NCBI GenBank assembly: GCA_958009085.1
Contig: OY253685.1
Span: 620,001-684,000 of the forward strand
Direction of reading: 5' to 3'
DNA length: 64,000 nucleotides
Origin: Protoeuglena noctilucae
Taxonomy: Eukaryota
Part shown: positions 25,701 through 37,631 of the stretch, piece by piece
Numbering within the stretch: position 1 is the first letter of the stretch
Layout of the letters: the number at the start of each line of letters is the position of its first letter
Made by a program: the position numbers and the translations under genes
The notes under the pieces: model-generated
Databases searched by the model: none
Told to the model about the DNA's origin: nothing
What the model saw: only the letters and a program-made list of their open reading frames with translations

Positions 25701-27880
25701 GCGTGGGAGGGGTGGCGCGGGGTGGCGCGGGGCGATCACATCGACATCGACACATCGAGCGATGAGGCTGAGCCTGGCTGGGAAGGGGACGACGACGGCC
25801 GCGGCGACTCGAGCGCTGCGGAGAGCGGCGAGGAGGCGAACGCGGATGCGAGTGCGGATGCGGGGAGGGAGGCAAAGGAGAGCGAGCGGACGCGAAGGGT
25901 GGCCGCCCACGTCCACGCCCTCCCACGCCGCGCCCTCCTCCGCTCCCTCTGCCGCCCCGCGTCCGTCCGGTTCCTCCTAGCGTCCATCACGGCCGCGTGG
26001 CGCCTCCAGGCAGCCCAGTCTCGATCTCTGCGGCTGGCGAGAGAGACAATGCACACCCGCAGTCCGAGCGTCGAGCCCTCGTCGGCGCTTGCCAAGCGAG
26101 CGCAGGAGTTCCAGCGGCAGGGGTCGCGCGTGACGCGGTCGGGGAAATACGCAGAGGCGATTGACGCGGGGGCGGTGGCGGGGCAGGCTGGGGGCAAGGG
26201 TGCACGCGGGGGCGGGGGTGGCGCGGGCGGTGGCGAGAGCCGCCCTGCGAGCGCCGGGGGCGGCGCGGCGAGCGCGGATCGCGTGGCGAAGTTGCGGCGG
26301 GAGGTGGAGCGCGTGAGGGTCGAGAAGGATCACTTGGTGGCATTGTTGCAAGCGCTGCAGAGCTCGAGCGCCCAGCGTGTCGCGCAGCAGCAAGACGCCA
26401 TCGACAAGCGGGGCGAGCGCATCGCGGCGATGTTCGCGGCGCAGCGGGGCGCTATGAAGCGCGCGCAGTGCTTCCGGGGGTGGGCGGCGGTGGCGGGTGT
26501 GGGGGCGGGGGCGGGAGCGGGAGCGGGGGATGGCGGGGCGGCGTGGCGCTCTGCGAGGCGCGCGCACCGCACCGACGACACAGCGTCATCACAAGGCGGA
26601 GACAAGCCGGCATCTGTGGCGGGGGCGAGGGCGGCGTCTGGGGCGGCACCCCACGCACCCCACTCAAGCTCTCATGCAAACACTCATCATGCAAACGCTC
26701 ATGCCCACAAGCCCGGGTCTGCGAAGAAGAGTCCCTTAGGCATGGGTGGGGTTACTGGGGCGGGGTACGCGGACGCAGGGGCGCAGCATGAGGCATGGGG
26801 AGCGGGGTCGGGGGCGGGGGCGGGGTTGGTGGCGGGGGGTGGGGAGGAGCGGTGGGGCTCGCCGCAACGGCAGCAGGTGAGTGGATGGGATGTCATGGTT
26901 TGGCTGCGTTTTCAGTGGAAAGCGTCGATATCAATGTCTGGTCGTCCAAAGCACGTATCGCGTGCTGTGCTGCACCGCCGCAGGACGGCCAAGGCCCTCC
27001 CTCGCCATCGGGCCCCTCTTCATCTGCCAATGCGGTGGCTGGGACTGCGTACGACGCCCACGGGTCAAGTGTCGGGGATGCAGGGGCAGCAGGCGCAGGG
27101 GCCACCGCCCAGGGCGCACAGGCGAGGCGCACACGCACTTTGCATGTAATGCCAATGCTTTGCTTTGCAAACAACTGTGCACGTACTGGGCAGCAATCAC
27201 TTTTGCGCACCCTACGCTGCCCTGCTTTCGCCTGCAGGCGCGCCGCGGCATCATGTTCCGTCCCTTCCGTCAGTTCGCTGCCGGTGGCCGCCCCCTAGCA
27301 TCGCAGTCATCGATCGGCGCCAAATCGGTGGTCAGCGTGGGCGGATCCGCACCTGTGGATGGGGGGCTGCATCTGGGGAGCGCCAATGGCAGCATGCAGG
27401 GGCTGGGGAGCACCGCGCCGGTGGGGAGTCTGGGGCCCAGGGTGCAGAGGTGAGGAGACGGTGTGCATGAATAGAACAGGGCTGGTTGCAATACGGCGAC
27501 GGGGGTGGTTGTGGAGTGGCTGGGTGCACAGGGGCCAAATGCTTTACCCTGAGCAATCGGGGAATATATATACTACATATACCGGGCATTATCTGATTGC
27601 TTCTATTGTTTATTTTATGAATGCAGTGCCGAGCACAGTCCCAAGGCGGGTGGGCCGCGGGCCGACGGGCGGGCGTGGAAGGGAGCGGAGGCACCGGAGG
27701 GGTACAAGGACAGGTGAGGAGGGCTGTGGGTGAGATGATGGGTGTGGTAATTACGGTGTGGCGCCAGAGGGGTACAAGGACAGGCATAGGCATATTCGTG
27801 ACCCTCACTGCCGCTTTGTTCCCTGCAGGATTCACTTGTGGCTGGATACCGTGGACAGCATGTCGCAGCTGCAGATGTGA
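22730..27880 (+). CDS. Coiled-coil protein with Sfi1-like Trp repeats (putative centrin-binding/basal-body protein); multi-exon, ends uncertain
   Basis: Frame-consistent exons with recurring helical motifs: KLILREWLL, LVMHTWRL, AVLHAWRE, AAMRAWAA, TVLAAWTV, RCAFTAWLE, ALLSWSAL, AQCFRGWAA; coiled-coil segments. Confidence 0.55.
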
Positions 27881-28216
27881 CGGCCTATGTATTGGCGAGA
27901 CATATGGCTAGGTGCATGCCCTGATTTGCCTGGTCTGCCTGGCCGGCGCCGTACAGCAGCTCCGCTCGCTCCGTATCTGTGACTCTAATGCATGTGTGGC
28001 TCTCAAACCCTCTTCTTCAATGGAAAGATATTTAGTCGCGTAGGGTATGACCATGCGTGGTCGAGTGTCGCAACGTGGAGAGAGAAGCGTAGAAAGCAAG
28101 GCAGGTCCGTAGAGAATAAGTGCATATTGTGTGCGGCAATGCAGCCGAGACCCGTGGTGGGTTGGTTAGTTTGTAGTTGCAAAGCAGCAAGTCCCCCCCG
28201 GTCTGCTGGGGCAGCA

Positions 28217-29054
28217 TCATGCCAGGGGCGCACTGGGCCCCGCAGGAGCCGGCGCCGCGGCATCCTTGCCCTCCTGTGCGGCCTCTCGTCTTGCCGACGC
28301 CTTCTGCAGCGGCGGGAGAGGGCAGCTGCGGTCACTGCACACCACGCGCCCCAGCCAGCGCCAGTGCACTCGCCTACCAGCACCCACCCACCTGCGCCAT
28401 TTCCGCGAAATACTCGGACCATTTCCTGCTCGTCTCCTTCTTCTTCGTGTCCTCTTCTTCCTGCTTGTCGAAGCCCCCCGCAGGATAGGTCCCCTGCTCA
28501 CGCAACGCAGCAAGACGGATTGCGATCGGCCGCGCGGGGCCCGCTGCGCCGTCCCGAGCATCCGCTGCAGCCCCAACGACTCGCCTTCATTTGCAAATGC
28601 CCGAACATGGACTGCCAGTCGCGCGCGGCCTCCTCTTCCGACTTCAGCGCCCACAGACTCTCCCCTTTGGGACGCAGCGGCGTGGCTCCCCTCGCTGCGG
28701 GCGAGATCGGGCGGCGATATGCAGCGCGATGTCATGAACTGCGACGAGCAGACCCGGCAGGCCGCGCGCGGGCCCTCACATCGCCCTGCCGTGCAGGCCA
28801 GGAACCGCCGCCAGAGCTCCCCGCAGTTGCGCGCCGTTCCGTCGAAGTAGACCTGCTCCATCTGAGACTGGGGCGTCGGACAGAGGCCCGCCTGCGCGCC
28901 ATCGCCAGGAACGACGATGGGGGTTGTAGAAAGCAGGAGCGACGCGCCGTCCGCATCCCATCGCCCATGGACCCTCGCCGGCCCTCGCCTCATTGAATAG
29001 CGTCACGCAGTTCTCCTTCTCGGAGTGGTCGTCCACGTCCGTGGGGAGCCACAT
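28217..29054 (-). CDS. EMI1/UPF0545 (C22orf39)-like small Cys-motif protein, 5 exons
   Basis: Spliced NCVTLFNE|AGLCPTPQSQMEQVYFDGTARNCGELWRRFLAC ... SLWALKSEEEAARDWQSMFGHL matches the remembered family pattern. Two GC-AG introns (28892-28988, 28494-28584). Confidence 0.62.
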
Positions 29055-29816
29055 GCGGCCCGCGCCTCACCAGGGCGGGGGCTCCGCGATGGCTTGCGGC
29101 ACGTGCCCGGCCTGCACGACCCCAGCGGAGGTTCAGCAGCAGAGGCGACAGGTGCTGAGCGCGATTTGCTACGTGAAGATTCCGCAGCGATAGACCCACC
29201 GGCAGCTTTCGTGTCGCTGCCCCTGCAACAGCTTCCTGACAAGGGCAAAACGCCAGTCCAGGTCCGCGCGCGCGGACTTGCGTGGGTGGGTGCGCTGCCG
29301 TTCGCTGCATCCGTCGCTAGCTCGGGAGGGGACAGCAGCTACCCGAGGGAGGAGCGCAGGGACGAGGACACATGTTGCCGTGCCCCGTCGCGGCCGGACC
29401 GGTCGCGACGAGGATTTCTGCGCGAGTTGGTGTGGATCGACTGCCGGTCCGCGTGGTGGGGTCGCTGGGATTGCCCGGGAGGAGCGAGAAATGCATCCGG
29501 ACAGGTAGGGCGTGCGCCCTGGGGCCCGGGACGGCCCACGGGACCGATGGGGGAAAGATTGGTTTGTGACGCGTCCACCTCGACCCTCGCGCCCGCGTCT
29601 TGGCTGCCCCTCTCGCCCCAAGCGTCCGGCTATTTCGTGTTCCCCCTTGCTGACCGGGGACGGCTCCTCGCGCCCCGCGCCTTTCGCGGCTTGATCTTTG
29701 CGGTATATCTGATTCCCCGCTGGACGCGCATCCCGCGTGGTGCCTTGCCGGCGACGAAATCGGGTATTTCCGTGGCCACCCCTGAGGGACGCCGAGTGTG
29801 GGGACTGCCGCGTCGG

Positions 29817-32800
29817 ATGAGCGCTTGCGATCGCCATCGCTCGATTACGCGACGCGCCTGGCCCCGCGCCGACGCGTCCCCCCTCCCCGGCGCGCGGGGA
29901 GGCCGTCTTGTGGTGGTCCCCCTTCGCCGGCCGACGCGACGCTGACCGAGCGGGATCCCCTTTTCCATGGCGAGCCCTCGTCGCAGCTCCCCGAACCAGT
30001 CGCCCGCCCGAGGCCGGCGGCGGAGCGGACCGCCACCTCCCTTTTTCGCGCGCCCGCACGCGGGGCTCCCCTCCGCCGCTTGCCGGGGCGCCCGGCGCTC
30101 CCCGGCGTCCCCGCCGCGTCGAGCGATTGCGTCTTTCTATCCCCTGCGCAGGTCCGAGGCTGCCCTCGAGGGCCCCGCGCGCTCCGGCGGAGGCACATGC
30201 GGGGTCCGACCGCGTGCCCTCCGATGACCGGGACGCAGCGAGCCAGCGCTCCGGGGAGGAGGCATCGAGCAGTTCGAATCCCGTCGAGGATCGCATGCGC
30301 GAGGCGCTGCTGCGCCAGGTCGCGCGATCGGCGGCCAAGGAGGTGTCGAAAGAGACGGCGGCCGTGATCAAGTTCATCACGAGCGGCCACAACGTCGACG
30401 CGGCCTACCTCCGCAAGCGCAGGCGCAGCCGGTGGTGGTCCAAAGTCAAGAAGTCCAAGCTGGCGGTGCCTGCGGGTGAGAAAAGAGCAGCCAGGGGGCA
30501 GGGCGGGTAGGGATGTGCGAGCGCAAGACTGTGCCATGCTTTGCTGTAGCTTCCCTCGCTCTGGCCGCACCGCACTTGTCGTCCCTTGCTTCCTCGTTAC
30601 CCGTCTCGACTCGATTATTTCTTTTTGTACGTAGGTTTACCTTTGGCAAAGACAACCCCAGGTCCCCGACCCTGCCACCCAACCCCCTTCCCTCTCCCTC
30701 CCCTTACCCCCCAGTGATGGTGGAGAAGATCCAGCTCCCCGACTCCGCCTGGGCCATTCTCCGCAAGATGCTCCCGTTGGGCGCCATCTTCTTCGGGTCC
30801 TCCTTCAACCTCACGCTCTTGCAGAATCTGAGGGATGCGCTGGTGGTGACCACCTCGGGGGCGGAGGTGCTGCCGTTCCTGTCCGCGCTGTGGTGAGGGA
30901 TTTGATGACAGGAGTCGTGATTTCAATTGCTCTGTACTGTCCGCACTGTGGTCAGAGTTGGGAGGGAGGGTGTGGGGGTGTCATGTGGGTTGCTTTGTGC
31001 TGTCCTGTCCGTGCTGTGGTGAGATGGGAGGGGAGAGAGGGTGTGGGGGATGAGTGATATATGTGTGGCCCCTTCCGTCTCTCCACTACCCACCCCCTTG
31101 CTTTTTAACCGACCTCCACCCCCTCCCACCCCACACCCCCACTCCACTACCCCACTACCCTCCCCAGTGTCCTCCCCGCCTCCATCCTCTTCTTCATGTA
31201 CTACTCCGCCCTCATCCAACTGGTGCCCCAGAAGGCCATCTACTATGTCGCCATCAGCACCCTCGTCGCCATCTATGCGGTGTTCGCCGTCGCGCTCTAC
31301 CCCATCCACACGTCGATCCACTTATACGGAGTGGGGGAGGCTCTGAGGGCCGCGCTGCCAGCCGGGTTGCACGGGCTGGCGACGGTCGTGCAGGTGAGGG
31401 GTAGGGGTGGGGTTCACGGGGGGTGGTGGTGGGTAATGGTGGTGCAGGTGAGGGGTGGGGGTTGATGAGGGTGGGAATGGGTGATGGTAGTGCAGGTGAG
31501 GGGCGTGGAGTGGGGTTGGCGGGGGGGTCATGGTGGGTGGTGGTGGTGCAGGTGGGGTGTGGTTGACGGGGCGGTTGCTCGGGGGCCCACGGCTCACCGC
31601 ACTCGTTGCACAACTCGGCAGCCATGCGTGCCTAGACGAGAGAGGCACGCATGGCTGCCGAGTTGTGCAACGAGTGAGGTGAGCCGTGGGCCGCCGGCAC
31701 CGCCACCTCTATCAGCCCCATCTATCAACCCCACTCTCCCCACCCACTCCCCACCCCATCCCCCACTCACCCCCCCAGGACTGGGCCCTTTCCCTCATCT
31801 TTTATCCCTATTCGTCCTCACTCCTTTGTCAATCGCCCCACCCCACTCGCACCCATGCCCCCACCCACTCTGAACCCCCCCAACCCCACCCACACTCCCT
31901 CCAGGACTGGACCCTGTCCCTTTTCTTCTGCTTCGCGGAGATCTGGGGATCCGTGGTCATCTCCCTGCTCTTCTGGGGGCTGGCCAACGACGTGTGCAGC
32001 GTCGACGAGGCAAAGACGATTTATCCATTGATGGGAATGGCGGCCAACGTGGGGCTGATCGTGTCGGGGTCGTTTATGAAGTGGGCGGGGGACTTCTTCC
32101 AACACGCGGGGGGTGGGGGGACCAACACGCAGGTGAGGGGGTGGGGTGGGGCTGGCGTGCGGGTGTGAGGGGTGTGAGGGGTGGAGTGGGCAGTGTCAGT
32201 TAAACGCGCACACACCTATCCACTCATTCATCCATCCACCCACCCACCACACCTCTATCCGCAGGCATTGCTCCAGATGTATGTGGCGACGATGGTGGTG
32301 GTGACGGGCGCGATGTTCGCCTTTAAGGGGTACATTGATCGGACCTTTTTGAAGGAGAGGGACGACAGGGACGCGATGGATCCCCTGAAGAAGAAGGCGA
32401 GTGGATGGTGGACAGGGGTGTTGATATGGGGATGCTACGCATGCACAATGACAACGTCATTCACAAATTTCATACTTATCATCCCTCCCCTCTCTCCCCA
32501 GAAGAAGAAGAAGGGCAGCATGCAGGAGAACCTCGCGCTGCTCACCAAGTCCCCCAAGATCCTCAACCTGGCCCTGCTGGTCATGTGTTACTCGGTCGCC
32601 CACCGACTGTTCGAGTTCTCATGGAAGGGCCAGCTGCGCACCATCTACCCCACCATGATTGAGTATCAGTCGGTGCTGGCAAGCGTGTCTATCGGCACGG
32701 GGTGGGCCACCATGCTCATGATGCTGCTGGGGAGGTTCGTGTTCCAGTACCTGGGGTGGGGGTTCGCGGCGCAGGCCACGCCCCTCGTCATGCTGCTGTC

Positions 32801-34025
32801 GGGTGAGAGGGAGTGGGAGAGGGTGTTGGGGAGAGAGGGGTGGGCGCAACGCTTCTTTCCCCACACTCACTGCCACCCTCACTGCAACCCTCACTGCCAC
32901 CCTATCCTCGTCCTCACTGCCACCCCCACCCCGCATCTCTCCAACACTCACCCACCCCCCCCCTCAGGCGGCTTCTTCTTCATCTCCTCCCTCGCCCCCC
33001 GCCTCACCTCGGTGCTCCCCCTGGGTGGATTCGACCCCACCTGGCTCCTCACGGCAGGGGCGCTGGCCGGGTGCATCACGCAGGTGTTCGCGCGGTCGTC
33101 CAAGTTCTCGCTGGTGAGTCGTTTATCACTGTCAGTTATCATTATCGTTGATCATAAGGTATGCAAACACACTCTGGCGCACTGTTGCCCCACCATTCCA
33201 CCACCCCACCTACGACCTACCGCTGCCCCAGCTACCGGCCCCACTCTCACCCCCACGCCCTCAACCCACACACCACCCTCCCACAACCCTCAACACCCAC
33301 CATCCCCCACCACCCCCTTCAGTTCGACCCGGCGAAGGAGATGGTATACATCGAGATGAGCAAGGAGGAGAAGCAGCGTGGCAAGGCGGCTGTGGACCTG
33401 ATCGGGGCGCAAGTGGGCAAGTCGGGCGGCGCTTGGATCACACAAGCATTGCTGCTGGTGACTGGCACCCTGACCCAGTCCCTCCCGTTCGTGATGGGGG
33501 CGTTCACGTTCATCATCGCCGTGTGGCTGCGGGCGGCGAGGCAGCTTGAGAAGGAGATGAAGAGGACGGAGGAGAGGAGGACGGAGGTGAGTCACTGTGG
33601 GGTGTTTGAAGATGAATGTCAGGGTGGCGGAGGTGAGGGGGTGTGTGGGGTGTTGTTGTGGAGAAGGAGGGAGAAGGAGATGAAGAAGACGGAAGAGAGG
33701 AGGACGGAGGTGAGCGTGGGGTGGTGGGTGTGTTTGGGTCATGTGTGCGGGTGGGCGGGTCAAGGTCAATCGCTGCTGAGTGCCACTAAGCTCTCTGTTC
33801 CATGTTGCGGTTCAAAGTGTATATAGCAACTAAACTCACATATTCCATCTCGTCCCACCCCCCCAGGAGATCGTGCAGGAGCAGGAGGCACGCGACAAGA
33901 AGTGGCGTGACGAGTCGGCGCTCTGGCAGACGGCGCAGGGGACAGGCGGCAATGGGGCCAACGGGGCGAGGGTGGGGGCGGGGGGGGACCCGGTTCCCAT
34001 GCAGACGGCGAGCCAGGGGGCGTGA
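29817..34025 (+). CDS. NTT: Plastid-type ATP/ADP nucleotide transporter (NTT/TLC family), divergent; 5' end uncertain
   Basis: KMLPLGAIFF..FNLTLLQNLRDALVVTTSGAEVLPFL, FAEIWGSVVISLLFWGLAND, AKTIYPLMGMAANVGLI, KFSLFDPAKEMVYI, GKAAVDLIGAQVGKSGG. Confidence 0.9.
31584..31692. repeat. Intronic inverted repeat: 50-bp arms, 1 mismatch, 9-nt loop
   Basis: Arm 31584-31633 is the reverse complement of 31643-31692 except at one position; loop agacgagag. Confidence 0.95.
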
Positions 34026-34947
34026 CGGCACGGCACGGCATGGCATTGCATGGCATGACGGCCGGGGCGAGCGTTTGTCCATTACGCCGAGCCATGCGCG
34101 TTTGCTTATCCCGGGTGTCCCACTGTAGGTCACTGGACTGCTCGATGTTCTCCACTTGTTTCGCTTTGCTTGTCCACTCAGCCCAGCTGGGCCGGGGCAG
34201 TCGTCTGCAGAAACAGCGACCTGCCCATCGCTGCCTTACTCCTTGCCCCTCGCTGCTCCCCTCTCACCTCTCTGGTGCGGCCGTGTGCCGTCGGGCCACC
34301 CGCGGCCGCCCCTCCCTAGCACGTTCCTGAGCCACGGCACGATCCCGCCGCACCCCCAGCACGGCCAGGGGCGCCGGGTGGCCCTTCCTTGCCTCTCCCC
34401 ACTGCGCACCAACGCACGCACCCCTTTTGTGGGGCAAACTCCTTTTCGGGGCATCTAGCGCGCCGATAAGTCGCGGCGTTGAATGAAGGCCGTCGTACTT
34501 TGCTTGCCAAAGCGGGTGTGACAGGCGCACCTAATTCGCGTCGCATGCGGTTGGACTTTCGATTCGCCGGATTGACGGCACGGGCATCAGTAGAGCCGCG
34601 AGCTGCCTATCAATAGCCGAGTCGCCGGTCGAACCGTGTTGACAACAGTGCATGCCATCGGTAGCCCCAACATCGTGCGTTTAGCGGTGCTGGCGGGCGC
34701 GGGGCGCTCGCCCCGAAACTCTCATCCGCACCCGCGCCCGTGACGCGACCGCGGCTGTGCAGGCAAACAAAGCAATGGAAAACAAATCTCGTCAAGCCGA
34801 CCAACCCATTGCATCACGCTGCATCGAGCCACCACACCCATGCTGACACGACGGCGAGACAAGGGTTAAGGTCAGGGCTCTTGGACGCTCGTGGTGCGTA
34901 TCAGGTAGTTTCTTGGCTGCTTCTGGCCTGCGTCCATCCCATCCCAC

Positions 34948-36375
34948 TCAGTCCTTCTTCGCGGGCGTCCGCGCCTTGCTGGGCGTCTTGGCCCGGGACT
35001 TGGAGGGGGTCTTGGCGCGGGCGGCCTTGGCGCCTGAGGAGAGGGCAAGCAGGACAGGGCACATGACCGTCCCTATCGCATGGGCTTTGCAAGGCGTCAG
35101 AGGGTGCTGCTTGCGCCCCTCGCGCTATGTTGTGCACTCATGGGCAGCGTGTGGCAAGTCGACTTCGTCTCTTGTAAATGGCTTTGCCATCTACATCTAC
35201 AAGTCGCTTCATAGTGGGTGTATGCGCCGCACCTGTCCGGGGCGTCTTAGGCTCCTTCTCCTCCTCCTTCTCCTCCTTTTTATCCTCCGCCTTAGCGTCC
35301 GCGCGGACCGGCTTGACGGGAGACGCGGCGCGGCTGCGGGGAGTCTGCGGGTGAGCAAAGGAACAAGCAGCGTTTGCACGACAGTCGCTCCCATAGAGCC
35401 CTGAAGCGGGTCCGCTGCTGCGGCCCGTACCCTGGCGCTCGGCGTGCGGCCCGTCTTCATCCCCGTGGGGCTGCTGAGGTCGTCGGGGGACCACTTGTCG
35501 GCCTTGCGGGTAGAGCTGCGGGGGGGAAAGCGCGGCACGCAGTGGAAGTCGCAGCCGGTCACTGGAGGCCCCATACGAACGCACGGCGCATGAAGCAGAA
35601 ATCACTTGACAAACTCGCTTGACTCACATGCCAAGCAGCGAGACAGACGATGAAACAACGACAAGAGAGAGGCGACGTCATTTGGTCACAAAAAGGTCGC
35701 TGCGGAGCGAGGCGGGCGATTGCGTGGGCGGCGAGAGGCACGCAACGAGTCGGGTCGTCAAGATACAGGAGCAGGCGAAGCGCAAGAGGCGCGAACGTGG
35801 CCCAGAAAGCTGAGCTTGGAGCGGACATTGTCGCGCATGGGAAGGCCTGCCGCGCTGCGGCGCCGCAAGGATGGGACCCAGCGAGGTGGCCATCGGAATT
35901 TGATACAATCAACAATGCGACGAAAGCGTTTGGCTTTTGAATCGCGTCTGCAGAGGACGCCCGGGGGCCGCTTCTGTGTGGGAAGGCCCAGTCCCTCACC
36001 GGGTGCTCCGTCGGACGACGTGGTCGCCCTCCACCACGGTCTTCGTCCCCTCAGCGGTCGATTTGCGCAGCCCCTTCTTCACGGGCTTGCTGCCCGACCC
36101 CCCGATGAGAACGAGCGCCCCCAGCGCCAACTGCGGGCCCTCGGATCACCCCTTTTGCCGCATCGCCCGCCGCGCCGACTCTATTTCAAATTCCGATCGT
36201 CCGCGGTCATCGGGGCGGCGGACCGATGCCCGCGCGGCAGCTGCCGCGCGCTGACGTTGTGATGCAGCCGCAAACCGAGTGCCCCCGCCGCCCCGGGCGT
36301 CGAGCTCAGCTGGAGCAAGCTCACCATGACGACCACGAACGCCACGACCAAGGCCGTGAAGTTGGGCGCCGACAT
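34948..36375 (-). CDS. Hypothetical protein of about 155 aa: N-terminal membrane anchor plus basic S/T-P-rich tail, 5 exons
   Basis: Four phase-consistent GT-AG introns give MSAPNFTALVVAFVVVM|LALGALVLIGGSGSKPVKKGLRK...VVRRSTR|STRKADKWSPDD...TPSAR|TPRSRAASPVK...KTPRTG|AKAARAKTPSKSRAKTPSKARTPAKKD. Confidence 0.6.
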
Positions 36376-36751
36376 GCCCACGCCCGCTGCGACCCGCGCG
36401 AGCAGGCCCCCCGGCCTGACCGGGGCGGGCGGGGCCGCGCGCCTGAAGGTCCCGTTCATGTCTGCGCCACCCGCTCCCCAAAGTTGGACAGATGGACGGC
36501 GCTGTGGCCAGCTTGGCTGGGCAGGCAGGGGCTTAGATCAAGCCGACGTCAGCGCCGCCAGAGCGTGTGCTTTGCCCCGGGCCATCTTCGTCGCCGTAAC
36601 AGGGCCCGGCGCACTAACATCTCTTAAACGTGACGTAGTCGGCGCAGCGAAAGCTGTTAGGAGCAACGAGCGCGTGCACTCTGGCCTGCGCACGTTCAAC
36701 TTTCTAAAGCACGCCCCGCGCTTCTCGGTCCCCGAGGAGTTGCGCCGCATC

Positions 36752-37631
36752 ATGCCACCGTTCTCCATTGTCGGGGCCGCTACGTGAGCCTCGGCCCAGG
36801 GGGCCTCGGTGCCCACGCTCGGAGCGCACACCTGCATGCGGCCTTCAATTCCCGTCAGTCTCAAAGCCCCGCTTGCTCCGTTGCTCCCCCGCAGGGTCAC
36901 CGTGGGCCTCATCTTCCCTGCTTTCCGCACGATGCAAGCGATCGAGCAATCATCGTCGGGAACTCAGCGCTGGGCGCAGTTTTGGACGCTGATCGGCATA
37001 TTGGGCGGCATCGACTATCTGTTCAGCTTCATCCTGCACCATGTGCCGCTCTACCCCTACCTCAAGCTGGGTGAGCATGCTAGGCCGTTCGCGCATCGCA
37101 TTCGAGACCACAAGGTCCCAAAGGTCTAACCCATCTCTGAACTATCATATGCAGGTATCGTCTCGTGGTTACTCCCCGCCGAGAACGTGCAGTGGGCGTA
37201 CCGGGTGTGCATCCTGCCCAACCTGGGCCACTACCAGCACCACATCGACTCGGCGCTGCAGCAGGGAGGCGTGATGGCGTCGGGGGTCGTGACGGCAGCT
37301 GCAGGGATGCTGCCCACCCAGGCACGCAGCCAGGTGTTGCGGGGGCTGGGGCAGGACGGCCTCGCGACGACGCAGGCGGCGCGGGGGGCTCACGCGGAGC
37401 CAGGTGAGGGTTTGGGCTCTGTGCAGCACGGGCCATGTGCAAGCACAAACGCTGTGATGAGGATGCAGGCTGAGGTGAGCATGTGCCGGCAAGCGCACGT
37501 GGGCGAGCGCAGATGACCCACACATGTTGGACGACCGAGACTGTGCTGACTGGGCTGCAGCTGGATTCACAATCACCGTGCCTGCAGATGCGGTCCCTAC
37601 GCAGCAGGCACTGTCTCAGGGCTTCCGCTGA
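36752..37631 (+). CDS. HVA22/TB2-DP1 (REEP) family protein
   Basis: VGLIFPAFRTMQAIE...QRWAQFWTLIG...HVPLYPYLKLG|IVSWLLP...AYRVCILPNLGHYQHHID; last exon inferred. Confidence 0.8.
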
